Part shown: positions 8,481 through 17,558 of the stretch, piece by piece
Position numbering within the stretch: the stretch's first letter is position 1
Layout of the letters: the number at the start of each line of letters is the position of its first letter
NCBI GenBank assembly: GCA_964518475.1
Contig: CAZFGR010000006.1
Coordinates: 1-23,254, forward strand
Direction: 5' to 3'
DNA from: an uncultured Nitrososphaerota archaeon
GTDB taxonomy: Archaea; Asgardarchaeota; Njordarchaeia; Njordarchaeales; Njordarchaeaceae
DNA: 23,254 bases
The notes under the pieces: model-generated
Database searches by the model: none
Told to the model about the DNA's origin: nothing
Seen by the model: the letters and a program-made list of their open reading frames with translations, nothing else
Position numbers and translations under genes: made by a program

Positions 8481-10985
8481 TTATAGTTTTGTTTCTAGTC
8501 TAGCTAAACGATCCAGTAATCTTCTGTTTTCTTCCTTAATCTTCTCGATTTCTTCCCTTAATAGTTTGTATTCAACACCCTTCTCTAATGCTCTCCTAAT
8601 CTTTGTTGCTACTTCTCTGGCTCTTCTTCTCAATCCATCACTCAAGTCCTCTGAAGCGATCCTATCCAGCATTGGAAGAAGCTTCGGTGACATCAGCTCG
8701 GCAGCAGCCGCTATTGCTGCTCCTCGAATCCTGCTATTCTCATCCTTACTTGCTTCGAGAATAATATCGATAGCCTCCCTCTTCTCTGGGAATTTTGCCA
8801 TCGCTATTATGGCTGCTATCCTAACGAAAGTAGGCTTTCCTAGTTTCGTGTATTCCTTAATCACCTTAAATGCTTCTTCGGTTCCTAGTTCTGCTAATCC
8901 TCTTATCGCACCTATAGTTATTACGTCATTGTGCGAGGGTGCATCAATGTGTTTAACGAGATAATCATGGGCTTTCTCCCATCTCGTTTTTCCTAAGCTT
9001 TCAGCCGCTTCTGCTCTTACATAATAACTCTCTTCCGAGTTCTCGAGAACCTCGCTTAGGGCTTTAGCTGCTCTTTCATCTCTGAAATTACCTAGTGCCT
9101 TCACTATTCCCCTTCGGATCCTTGGATGCTTAACAGTTTTTATACACTCTAGTAAGGCTAGTAAGGCTTCTTCTGTACCTATCTTTCCTAGAGATAGTGC
9201 TGCCTCATAACTTACGCCCCAGAACTCATCATGTATCACAGCATTTTTCAACGCCTCAACTACTTTAGAACTTCTAAATTTCGCCAATGCACGAGCCGCT
9301 AAGACTCTACAATAGACGTGCTCACATTTTAGCTGGCGTATCCATTGTTCTGGTCCCTGATCGATCTTAAGTACCGCGAAGACTTTGAACTCAGGATCAA
9401 AACATACCTGTTCGGGCTTCTCGTCTAGTGAAATGTAAAATACTTGTTCTTTTCTCTCTATCCAGAAATTGTATTTTCTTGACCCATTCTTTGTTGCAAC
9501 TCTTATCTCGAGAGGGAGTTTGTACTCATCCCAGCTATCCTCTTTCTGGACTTGCCGTACACTTATTTTTAGTTGCTTTGACTCTGGGTCGTACTTGTAG
9601 TTTATGGCGAGCTCTGGATGCCCCGCATTATAAACGTACTGGTCAAAGAACCACTCAAAGTCCTTGCCCGTGACTTCTTCGACTACTTTTCGGAAATCTT
9701 CCGTATCAGCGTTTGAGAATTTGTATTTCTCTAAAAATCTCTTCAGTATAGTGCGGAATGTTTCCTCACCAACTAGGTTATTTAATGTGTGCAATACTAA
9801 TGCTCCCTTGGGATAACTATGCCTATCAAAGACCTCTGAAGGGTATTTGAATAACCGAGTGACTATTGGGCGTGCGTATCTCGTACTATATTCTCGGAGA
9901 TAAGCATCGAGATCTTCTATAAGCCTATATACGAATTCATCGTTTCCTTTCCAGTGTCTCCTATATACTGCTTCCAAGTACGTAGCGAAGGATTCATTGA
10001 TCCAAATGTTAGCCCAATCCTTTGTAGTGACCAAGTCACCAAACCATTGGTGAGCTGCCTCATGAGCAACTAAAGGCTCGCTTTCGAAATCCATGTGAGC
10101 TTTCTCATCATGTAATGTCCTATCTGTTAAGATTGTTAGGGTAGTATTCTCCATACCTCCAGCAACGAACTCGCTTACGCATACTTGCGCGTATTTATTC
10201 CAGGGGTATGGTACGCCAAGATACTCGCTAAAGAATTTTATCATATCAGGTGTTCTCGCAAAGCTTCTCTTTATATCGTCTTTTCTCCCCTTAGGCACAT
10301 AGTATTGGAGCGGGATCCCATCTACAGTTTCTTCTTCATAATCGAAGAGACCTATAGCCACCGCTATAAGGTACGTGGAGTGGGGTTTATCCATTAGCCA
10401 ATGCCAACGCTTCCAATCTCCTTCTTCTTGAACAGAAAGTAACTTTCCATTCGAAACAACAGTAAATTCCTTTGGAGCAATGATTATTAGCTCAGACGTG
10501 CACTTCATATTCGGATAGTCGTAGAGAGGAATCCAATACCTATTATCCTCGCTCTCCCCCTGAGACCATACCTGTGGAACCCGATTGGGATAGTACTTAT
10601 CTGGGAGAACAAAGTATAATCCCTTCTTAGGTCTGGCCCCATAATCGATCGTTATCTCTACTATATCTCCTCGCGACAACTTTTTAGGTAGGATAACTCT
10701 TAAAGCGTATCCATCATAATCATAGTCTACTGCTTGATCATTCATTTTTACCGATTTTATCGACATATCCACGGCGTCTAATTCAACGTTGCTTAGTCCA
10801 TTTTTTAAACTCTTGAGCCTTAGGGTTGCTTTTCCTTCAATTCTCTTCTCGAACACATATACCTTGATTTCAGCTTTCACATGCTCAAGCTTATAATCTG
10901 GGCTCCTTGGATAATTCGGTTTATAATCTGGAAAAGCGAAATCACGACCATGCTTAACAATATGCAATCCGAAAACACCTTCCAA
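8481..10985 (-). CDS. M1-family zinc aminopeptidase with C-terminal HEAT repeats and coiled-coil tail
   Basis: GGMEN, HEAAH-x18-E (WINES), YPKGA. HEAT-like repeats (AARALAK, AALSLGK, AAESLGK). Alternative start TTG at 10967 after AGGTG. Confidence 0.93.
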   Translation of the reverse strand: MEGVFGLHIVKHGRDFAFPDYKPNYPRSPDYKLEHVKAEIKVYVFEKRIEGKATLRLKSLKNGLSNVELDAVDMSIKSVKMNDQAVDYDYDGYALRVILPKKLSRGDIVEITIDYGARPKKGLYFVLPDKYYPNRVPQVWSQGESEDNRYWIPLYDYPNMKCTSELIIIAPKEFTVVSNGKLLSVQEEGDWKRWHWLMDKPHSTYLIAVAIGLFDYEEETVDGIPLQYYVPKGRKDDIKRSFARTPDMIKFFSEYLGVPYPWNKYAQVCVSEFVAGGMENTTLTILTDRTLHDEKAHMDFESEPLVAHEAAHQWFGDLVTTKDWANIWINESFATYLEAVYRRHWKGNDEFVYRLIEDLDAYLREYSTRYARPIVTRLFKYPSEVFDRHSYPKGALVLHTLNNLVGEETFRTILKRFLEKYKFSNADTEDFRKVVEEVTGKDFEWFFDQYVYNAGHPELAINYKYDPESKQLKISVRQVQKEDSWDEYKLPLEIRVATKNGSRKYNFWIERKEQVFYISLDEKPEQVCFDPEFKVFAVLKIDQGPEQWIRQLKCEHVYCRVLAARALAKFRSSKVVEALKNAVIHDEFWGVSYEAALSLGKIGTEEALLALLECIKTVKHPRIRRGIVKALGNFRDERAAKALSEVLENSEESYYVRAEAAESLGKTRWEKAHDYLVKHIDAPSHNDVITIGAIRGLAELGTEEAFKVIKEYTKLGKPTFVRIAAIIAMAKFPEKREAIDIILEASKDENSRIRGAAIAAAAELMSPKLLPMLDRIASEDLSDGLRRRAREVATKIRRALEKGVEYKLLREEIEKIKEENRRLLDRLARLETKL

Positions 10986-11147
10986 AAAGAGTCACTGTAT
11001 AGCTGAAAAATTCAGCTAATAAATATAGTGAAAATACTACAGTTTCTTTGTTCTTCATCTCAAATAAACTATTCTCTAATTTTCAGTAATATTGATTACT
11101 TCACAAAACAATGATCTCATAATTAATTCCTACTTATTTCGCATGCT

Positions 11148-12536
11148 TTACCAGCCGTAAATTTCGGGCCCCCAGTCTCTTATCTCTAATTCTTGCTTAG
11201 GAAGAATTAGTTTTCTTGGAGGTACGTCCTTATAAACGATTACTCCTGGACCGACTATGCTATAGGGACCTATCCTAACACCAGGCATTATCATTGAGTT
11301 TACGCCTGTTCTACAATAATCCCCAATATATGCAGCAGAAGCTATTCTGGGCGGGAATTCCCTTCTTTTACGAATCCTCATTCTTGGAGGATTATCATCA
11401 AATCTAAGATTTCCGACAACAGTGCCCGCGGCTATATCTGTGAACCGTCCTATTACCCCATAAATCATTGCGTGATGCATCACAGATACGCCATCCATGA
11501 TTACTCCTTCAACTTCCGCTAGGTGGAGAATTCTCGTACGCTTGCCTATAGATGTCTGAGGCCAGATCTTGCAGTATTCTCCGATCCTAGCGTAATCTCC
11601 AATAACGACGTTTTCCCCAATTATGCAGTGTTCTATATTTGCATTAGCTCCTATAAACGCATTTCCTCTAATAACTGTGTTTGGGCCTATCTTACTGTTT
11701 TTTCCAATAACTATGTGACCATATATCTCTGCCCGCTCCGAAACTTCTGCTTCGGGATCTATTAGATCCTTCTCTAATCGTTCCCCAATATATTTTAGGT
11801 ATTCCTTGTTCGCTTCTAGAATATGCCATGGTTTATCCACATCAACAATAAAGTTGGAGGGTTCTACGGCTAAGATTTCCTCCCCATCATCTATCATCAT
11901 TGCCATGCTTTCTTCTAGGAAGTATTCTTTCGGAGGCATTACCCCCACTGGTATGTGGGACATGAATTCTGGAGTTATTTCGAGGTAGGGGATTATTTTC
12001 TCTGATAAAACATATATCCCCACTAACCTATGAGAAACACTGTGTCTGGGATGAGCAATAATTTGTTCAATTCTCTTCTCTCTAACCCTACAGCAGATCC
12101 AATCGTTGGGTCTTTCACGATTTAGTTTAGTAGCGAGAACAACACATTCTCCCCGTCTCTTTGATGCTTCATTCAAGATTATTTCATAATTCTCCTTCGC
12201 GGAAACAATGTCTCCATATACTACTAACCAACGATCCTCAATATCCTTCCTTACCTCTTCTAAAGCAGTCTTTAATGCATGCGCAGTACCCAGCGGCTTA
12301 TTCTGAATTATGAATTCAACCTCCTCTAGTCCTCTGAGGTCCTTCTTGATCTGGGAATGCTCTGGCGGAACAATCAGATAGATATTATTAATACTAAATT
12401 GCTTAACCGTTTCCACTATATGTCTTATAATTGGCTTATTACCGATAGGAATCGAAGGTTTTGGTAATGTTTCAGTGAAAGGCTTCAGTTTCTCACCAAT
12501 TCCAGCTGCAAGAATAAAAGCAGACTCTATTCTCAA
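11148..12536 (-). CDS. Sugar-1-phosphate nucleotidyltransferase with left-handed beta-helix domain (archaeal GlmU-like, divergent)
   Basis: ILAAGxGxKLxP..PKP, QxxPLGTAHA, YGD, DVDKPWHILEAN, hexapeptide repeats, AGT..GNLRFDD, GVNS.I.PG. GGTGG SD favours TTG at 12536 (ORF track 12566). Confidence 0.85.
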   Translation of the reverse strand: MRIESAFILAAGIGEKLKPFTETLPKPSIPIGNKPIIRHIVETVKQFSINNIYLIVPPEHSQIKKDLRGLEEVEFIIQNKPLGTAHALKTALEEVRKDIEDRWLVVYGDIVSAKENYEIILNEASKRRGECVVLATKLNRERPNDWICCRVREKRIEQIIAHPRHSVSHRLVGIYVLSEKIIPYLEITPEFMSHIPVGVMPPKEYFLEESMAMMIDDGEEILAVEPSNFIVDVDKPWHILEANKEYLKYIGERLEKDLIDPEAEVSERAEIYGHIVIGKNSKIGPNTVIRGNAFIGANANIEHCIIGENVVIGDYARIGEYCKIWPQTSIGKRTRILHLAEVEGVIMDGVSVMHHAMIYGVIGRFTDIAAGTVVGNLRFDDNPPRMRIRKRREFPPRIASAAYIGDYCRTGVNSMIMPGVRIGPYSIVGPGVIVYKDVPPRKLILPKQELEIRDWGPEIYGW

Positions 12537-12588
12537 TCCCAAACCACCGCGAAAATAAATCATCACTTAAAAAGTGTAAAAATAGCTT

Positions 12589-14226
12589 TTAAGTTGATAC
12601 GGCTACTTGACCTATCGTACCCACTAAACCAATGGTACCGAGAATGAATCCTATGGCAAATAGGAGAAGAAATAGCCTCGTTGGTCCATAACCTTTTCCA
12701 TACAGATTCTTCATCAGTAATGTTAGGATAAGCATTATCGATGCTCCGAGGAACTGATTTATAGAGATTATAGCTAGTTTCGCCTCGATTCTTGCGAGGA
12801 ACGTGGCTAGTGGAACAACTCTAATAGCTGTTATAAATGGTATTGTTGCTCCAATGCTCACAATAGATAACCATTCAAAGATCTCTCTCAGGGATTGTAT
12901 TTTCTCACCAGAGAAACTTTCAGTGATCCTCATACCTCTTTTGTAACCAAACTCACTCCCTATTACCCTGAACGGGATGAATATGGCGTCAAATACTATC
13001 AGAATTATCAAAGGGGCGAGCGCGTACAGAGGCCGCTCTAAGGACATAAGAGATAATGTTGACCCCATTATCAGCAAAATCCCGCCAATGACGAAGAATA
13101 TTAGACTATCTCCTATACCCGCAAACGCACCCATAAGTCCTGTTTTTAAACTTCTTACTAGTTCAAAATTTCTAGGAGAACTCTCTTCTATTGCTACGTT
13201 GACACCGACGAGGATAGGAGCCAGAAACGGATTAGTATTAAAGAACTCCAAATGAATCTTAGCGGCTCTTTTCAACAATTCATTATCTCTATATATTCTT
13301 TTTAGAGCTGGGAGGATAGAGAATAAATAACCAAGAGCCTGCATCCTCTCATAATTCCAAGAACATTCAAGGAAGAATCCTGATCTTATAGCAATTTTCC
13401 TTAACAATGATCTGTCCAATCGTCCTTTACCTTCTCCTAGTGAGCTTACAGATCCTTTAGCGTATTTGCGTAGTCGTACCCAAGCAACAACGCTTGCAAT
13501 CACTATCAGAATCGTGAAGACTACTGTGATATCAATTATTACAATAAGAGAGACTATCAAGAAAGGGATCAGGAGAAGATGATATCTCCTCGCTACCCCT
13601 ATGTAGCTAAGAAGAATCCCTAGCCCTAATGCTGGTAGAACAGCTCCTGCCACACTCAAGCTCCTCAAGAACCAGACTGGAAGGGTCTCCAAAACACTCT
13701 TTAGAACATCAATTCCCCACTTTAATACGATATATGCTGAGATACCATATAATGCTCCTCTAAATCCCGCCAACGGTAACAATCCCAAGAAATGTAATCG
13801 ACCAACACTATCTATTTGGCCCATGTCGATTAAGGATTCGGCTTTTCTGATTAGAGAAACATTTATTGTCCTAGCTAATATCTCCAAATACATCATTACT
13901 ATCCCAGCCGGTATGAGAGAGAGCACGACTAACGGTAACATCGATAAGTCTAGTCCCCCATATATGAAGACGGCAGCAGTTATTGCTGCTACAATAGCGA
14001 AATCCGGCGGCACAGCTCCTCCTATCTCTATTAATCCAAGAGACAATAGTTGAATATAGGCACCAATATACGCTCCTAAAGCTATATTGCCCAATAATAA
14101 TCCAACAAAAAAGCCAGTTATCAATGGCATTATCCCTAGTAAACTCTTTATACTATAATTGTCGATCCCTGTAATAATCCCCCAAATCACTAGGATAGCT
14201 ACTACACAAGAGATGCTCATACCCAT
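12589..14226 (-). CDS. PTS mannose-family permease, fused IIC-IID (paralogue 2)
   Basis: GGAVPPD, GAVLPALG, SWNYERMQ, HLEFFNTNP, LMGAFAGIGD. GGAGTG SD before ATG at 14226 (ORF track 14235). Confidence 0.92.
   Translation of the reverse strand: MGMSISCVVAILVIWGIITGIDNYSIKSLLGIMPLITGFFVGLLLGNIALGAYIGAYIQLLSLGLIEIGGAVPPDFAIVAAITAAVFIYGGLDLSMLPLVVLSLIPAGIVMMYLEILARTINVSLIRKAESLIDMGQIDSVGRLHFLGLLPLAGFRGALYGISAYIVLKWGIDVLKSVLETLPVWFLRSLSVAGAVLPALGLGILLSYIGVARRYHLLLIPFLIVSLIVIIDITVVFTILIVIASVVAWVRLRKYAKGSVSSLGEGKGRLDRSLLRKIAIRSGFFLECSWNYERMQALGYLFSILPALKRIYRDNELLKRAAKIHLEFFNTNPFLAPILVGVNVAIEESSPRNFELVRSLKTGLMGAFAGIGDSLIFFVIGGILLIMGSTLSLMSLERPLYALAPLIILIVFDAIFIPFRVIGSEFGYKRGMRITESFSGEKIQSLREIFEWLSIVSIGATIPFITAIRVVPLATFLARIEAKLAIISINQFLGASIMLILTLLMKNLYGKGYGPTRLFLLLFAIGFILGTIGLVGTIGQVAVST
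13183..13365. repeat. 183-bp perfect direct repeat, copy 1 (inside permease paralogue 2)
   Basis: Base-by-base identical to 14958-15140 (offset 1775). The flanking bases differ on both sides. Confidence 0.95.
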
Positions 14227-14384
14227 AATAATCACTCCGGCAACGAAGAGGAATGGTCACAATGATTCGTAATATTTCACAAAAATAAATCTTTCTAGAA
14301 CTTTTGTGATAATTCTTCAGAAATAAGACCCTATCATAAAATTTTGCTCAATTTCTTAGGTAAGGTTTTAGGTGAGAACATATT

Positions 14385-16004
14385 TTAGATAGGTGTAGTT
14401 AATATTCCCAATGCTCCAAGCAAAAAACCTATCAGGAAAATCATTAACAATGAGAACAGGATACCATACCACCCATACAACTTTTTCATGAGTAGTAAAG
14501 CTAATAGGGAGATCACACCGCTGATGAATTTGTTAATAGAGATAATAGTAGAGATAAACTTTATTTCCATGGCCATATGCGAAAGTGAAGAGACCCTAAG
14601 ATGAGATATTACTGGAATCAAAGCCCCCATAGTTAATAATGAGAGTTGCTCAAAAGCATCTTTCAGTTTCTTTATTTTCTCTTTCGCTAAGAAGTCAATA
14701 ATTTTCAGCCCACCTTTATAACCTAGCTCACTCCCTTTAAGTTTGAAGGGAATAAATACACTATCAAAAATGAGAATAACTATTAATGGCACATACGCAT
14801 ACAGAGGATTAACCATGCTTTGAAGAGATAAAACCGAGCCCATCACAAGCAAGATTCCCCCAACAGAGAATATTACTAAGCCATCACCGATGCCCATAAA
14901 TGCTCCCATTAATCCTCTTCTTAGACTCCTTATCAACTCGAAGTTCCCTAAATTCCGCTCTTCTATTGCTACGTTGACACCGACGAGGATAGGAGCCAGA
15001 AACGGATTAGTATTAAAGAACTCCAAATGAATCTTAGCGGCTCTTTTCAACAATTCATTATCTCTATATATTCTTTTTAGAGCTGGGAGGATAGAGAATA
15101 AATAACCAAGAGCCTGCATCCTCTCATAATTCCAAGAACACTGGAGAAGAAAACCTGATCTGAACGTCACCGCTCGCAATATTTTTTTGCCAAGCTTCCC
15201 TAGTTCTTGATCATTATAGATTAGGGATCCTATTTCGAACTCTCCCTTAGCCCACAGCCAAGCAACCCTTACCAGAATCACAATCAGTACCGCCAAAGCT
15301 ATCAACGAATCACTTACGGTTAATAAAGCAGATAGTGTGAAGGATGCGAGGAGAATATGGTATTTCTTTTCATAACTCATGTACGTGAGAAGAATACTGA
15401 ATCCGAGAAGAGGCAATAATTCCCCAACCACTTTTAGTCCCCCAAAGAACCACGTAGGCGCCTCTCTTACCAAGTCACGCAGCGCATTAATACCCCATCT
15501 CAACATTATGTAAGCCCCTATAACATGCAGAAACCCCCGAACACCCGCTAATGGAAGCAGTCCTAAGAAATGCCATTTAGAAATGTCGTCAAGTTTACCC
15601 TTGTCTATAGATTCTTCCGCTTTTTTTATCCACAAGGCATTAAAAGATCTTGCATAAACTTCTAAGTATTTCATTAATACTCCAAGCGGAATGAGAGAGA
15701 GGATAAATACAGGAATTAAATACGGATCTACCCCACCAACTATGATAGAAACAACAATAATCGCAGTTATAATCTCGAAATCTAATGGGACCTTTCCTCC
15801 TATCGGTACTAAACCAAGAGCCATTAATTGAAGATAAGCCCCTACATATGTACCAGTTATAGGATCTCCTAGAAGAATACCGATAAAGAAACCGGATATT
15901 AAAGGCACTACCCCACATAAGACTTGTGCACTATACAGATCCAGAGCTACAACTGTCCCCCATACTCCCAGTATTATCGCGATACATAATGGATCATAAA
16001 TCAT
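14385..16004 (-). CDS. PTS mannose-family permease, fused IIC-IID (paralogue 3, most divergent motifs)
   Basis: GGKVPLD, GELLPLLG, SWNYERMQ, HLEFFNTNP, LMGAFMGIGD. Likely ATG at 16004 after GAGG (ORF track 16043). Confidence 0.9.
   Translation of the reverse strand: MIYDPLCIAIILGVWGTVVALDLYSAQVLCGVVPLISGFFIGILLGDPITGTYVGAYLQLMALGLVPIGGKVPLDFEIITAIIVVSIIVGGVDPYLIPVFILSLIPLGVLMKYLEVYARSFNALWIKKAEESIDKGKLDDISKWHFLGLLPLAGVRGFLHVIGAYIMLRWGINALRDLVREAPTWFFGGLKVVGELLPLLGFSILLTYMSYEKKYHILLASFTLSALLTVSDSLIALAVLIVILVRVAWLWAKGEFEIGSLIYNDQELGKLGKKILRAVTFRSGFLLQCSWNYERMQALGYLFSILPALKRIYRDNELLKRAAKIHLEFFNTNPFLAPILVGVNVAIEERNLGNFELIRSLRRGLMGAFMGIGDGLVIFSVGGILLVMGSVLSLQSMVNPLYAYVPLIVILIFDSVFIPFKLKGSELGYKGGLKIIDFLAKEKIKKLKDAFEQLSLLTMGALIPVISHLRVSSLSHMAMEIKFISTIISINKFISGVISLLALLLMKKLYGWYGILFSLLMIFLIGFLLGALGILTTPI
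14958..15140. repeat. 183-bp perfect direct repeat, copy 2 (inside permease paralogue 3)
   Basis: Identical to 13183-13365. Encodes CSWNYERMQ...VNVAIEE. Confidence 0.95.
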
Positions 16005-16213
16005 AAAATCTGGCCTCTTAGGGAAATAACTACCGGATGGCAAGGCGCTTTAAAGACTAATTATCAAGTCGGTGATAATATTGTTATTAAATAGTTTCCC
16101 GAATAACATCTATAGGAGATCAATAGTTCTCAATATAATGGAGCTCACAATATATAGGAGAATATAGAATAGCTAGATGCATCACCTTAAACCAAAAAGC
16201 ACTAAAGCATATC

Positions 16214-16234
16214 AAAAGAAAAAGAGAAAAAGAG
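16214..16234 (-). terminator. Oligo-T terminator-like tract after the aminotransferase
   Basis: Minus strand reads CTCTTTTTCTCTTTTTCTTTT directly after the stop codon. Confidence 0.55.
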
Positions 16235-17545
16235 TTATGAGCTCTCTTTCAATTTTTCTACGAAGTCTTCTGTTGCTTTAAGGAACCGTTCTACGTCATT
16301 TTCCGTGTGTGCAATGGATAAGAACAGATGGGGAGCGGAAGGAGAAAGGTATACGATCTTGTTATTCAGCATATGTCTGTGCAACCTCTTCATCGCGTCG
16401 ACGTCTTTTGTTTTTGAAATTTCCACTGGATCTAATTTTTTAGCTTTAGTGAAATGGATTCCTATCATCGATGATAAGCCCGTAACTAGGGCCTCTATAC
16501 CATAGTCTTGGAAGATGTTTTCGAGTCCTTTCATGAATTTTTCTCCCAGAGAGTCAAGGTATGGGAATATTTCATCCTTCTTTGTCTCAAGTTCTCTTAT
16601 TAGGGTATAGCCAGCTCTCATCGTTAATGCGTTTCCAGTATATGTACCTCCATGGAAAACTCTTTCCCAGAAATTCTTTCTCTTGGTATGATCAATGAGA
16701 TCCATTATTTCTTCAATTCCGCAGATCGCTCCTGCTCCAGGGAAATATTGCCCACCAACGGCTTTCCCAGTTGTTATAATATCTGGTTTCACACGGTAGT
16801 AGTGTTGAGCACCCTTGTAAAACCTGAACCCAGTAATTACTTCGTCAAATATTAGCACAATTCCTTTTTCATCACAGAGCTCTCTCAATCCTTTTAGGAA
16901 ATCTCTCTCAGCTGGAATAGCGCCTCCAGCACCAAGAACTGGCTCAACTATTATTGCTGCTAATTCCTCATTTTTCGCTTTCTCATAAACACCCTCAAGA
17001 TCATTATATGGAAGGACTATGATATCGTTCTGTACACAATCTGTTAAGCCGAGAGAAGCCGGCTTATCAAAGGGATACGCAACAGCCTTATGGAGACCAT
17101 CGTACCCACCATGCCATCCTCCAGCGAACTTTCCAATTTTTCTTCTTCCCGTATAAGCTCTAGCTAATCTAATTGCATACATATTAGCTTCTGTTCCACT
17201 ATTAGAGGGTCTCACTTTATCCATGTCAAACCATCTACAAACAGCCTCAGCCCATTTAATCTCCCACTCATTTGACCAACCAAAATGAATACCATACTCT
17301 AGCTGTTCCTTTACAGCCTCTATTATGGGCTCATAATTGTGCCCAAGAACAGCTGCACCATGAGCCATCCAGAAGTCTATATACTCGTTACCATCAACGT
17401 CCCAGACTCTACTCCCTTTAGCTCTTACAACGTAGAAAGGATAGGGTTCTATCCCCCTAATATAGTATGTTACGCCCCCTGGTAAATATTTTCTAGCTAA
17501 CTCGTATAATTCCTTAGATCGTTTGGTAAAATCCGTATACTCCAT
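16235..17545 (-). CDS. Class-III PLP aminotransferase, glutamate-1-semialdehyde aminomutase-like; substrate unknown
   Basis: WDVDGNEYID, NSGTEA..AIRLARAYTGR, GGWHG, IVEPV, FDEVITGFR, GKAVGG (PLP Lys), GTYTGN. Confidence 0.9.
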   Translation of the reverse strand: MEYTDFTKRSKELYELARKYLPGGVTYYIRGIEPYPFYVVRAKGSRVWDVDGNEYIDFWMAHGAAVLGHNYEPIIEAVKEQLEYGIHFGWSNEWEIKWAEAVCRWFDMDKVRPSNSGTEANMYAIRLARAYTGRRKIGKFAGGWHGGYDGLHKAVAYPFDKPASLGLTDCVQNDIIVLPYNDLEGVYEKAKNEELAAIIVEPVLGAGGAIPAERDFLKGLRELCDEKGIVLIFDEVITGFRFYKGAQHYYRVKPDIITTGKAVGGQYFPGAGAICGIEEIMDLIDHTKRKNFWERVFHGGTYTGNALTMRAGYTLIRELETKKDEIFPYLDSLGEKFMKGLENIFQDYGIEALVTGLSSMIGIHFTKAKKLDPVEISKTKDVDAMKRLHRHMLNNKIVYLSPSAPHLFLSIAHTENDVERFLKATEDFVEKLKESS

Positions 17546-17558
17546 ATGTAAACGCCCT

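Noticed and set aside
8407-8964. 185-aa plus-strand ORF with a poly-Lys run
   Set aside because: Antisense shadow of the aminopeptidase. Ser/Leu-rich, and the poly-K comes from the terminator-like tract.
14355-14374. TTAGGTAAGGTTTTAGG as a DtxR/MntR box
   Set aside because: It has a TTAGG half-site but no complementary CCTAA arm, so it is not palindromic.
13183-15140. 183-bp repeats as IS ends or a CRISPR-like array
   Set aside because: Both copies are in-frame coding sequence at homologous positions of paralogues. No transposase, terminal inverted repeats or spacers.
16235-17545. Calling the aminotransferase hemL
   Set aside because: Only family-level motifs are seen and there are no tetrapyrrole genes nearby; GSA-like paralogues are common.
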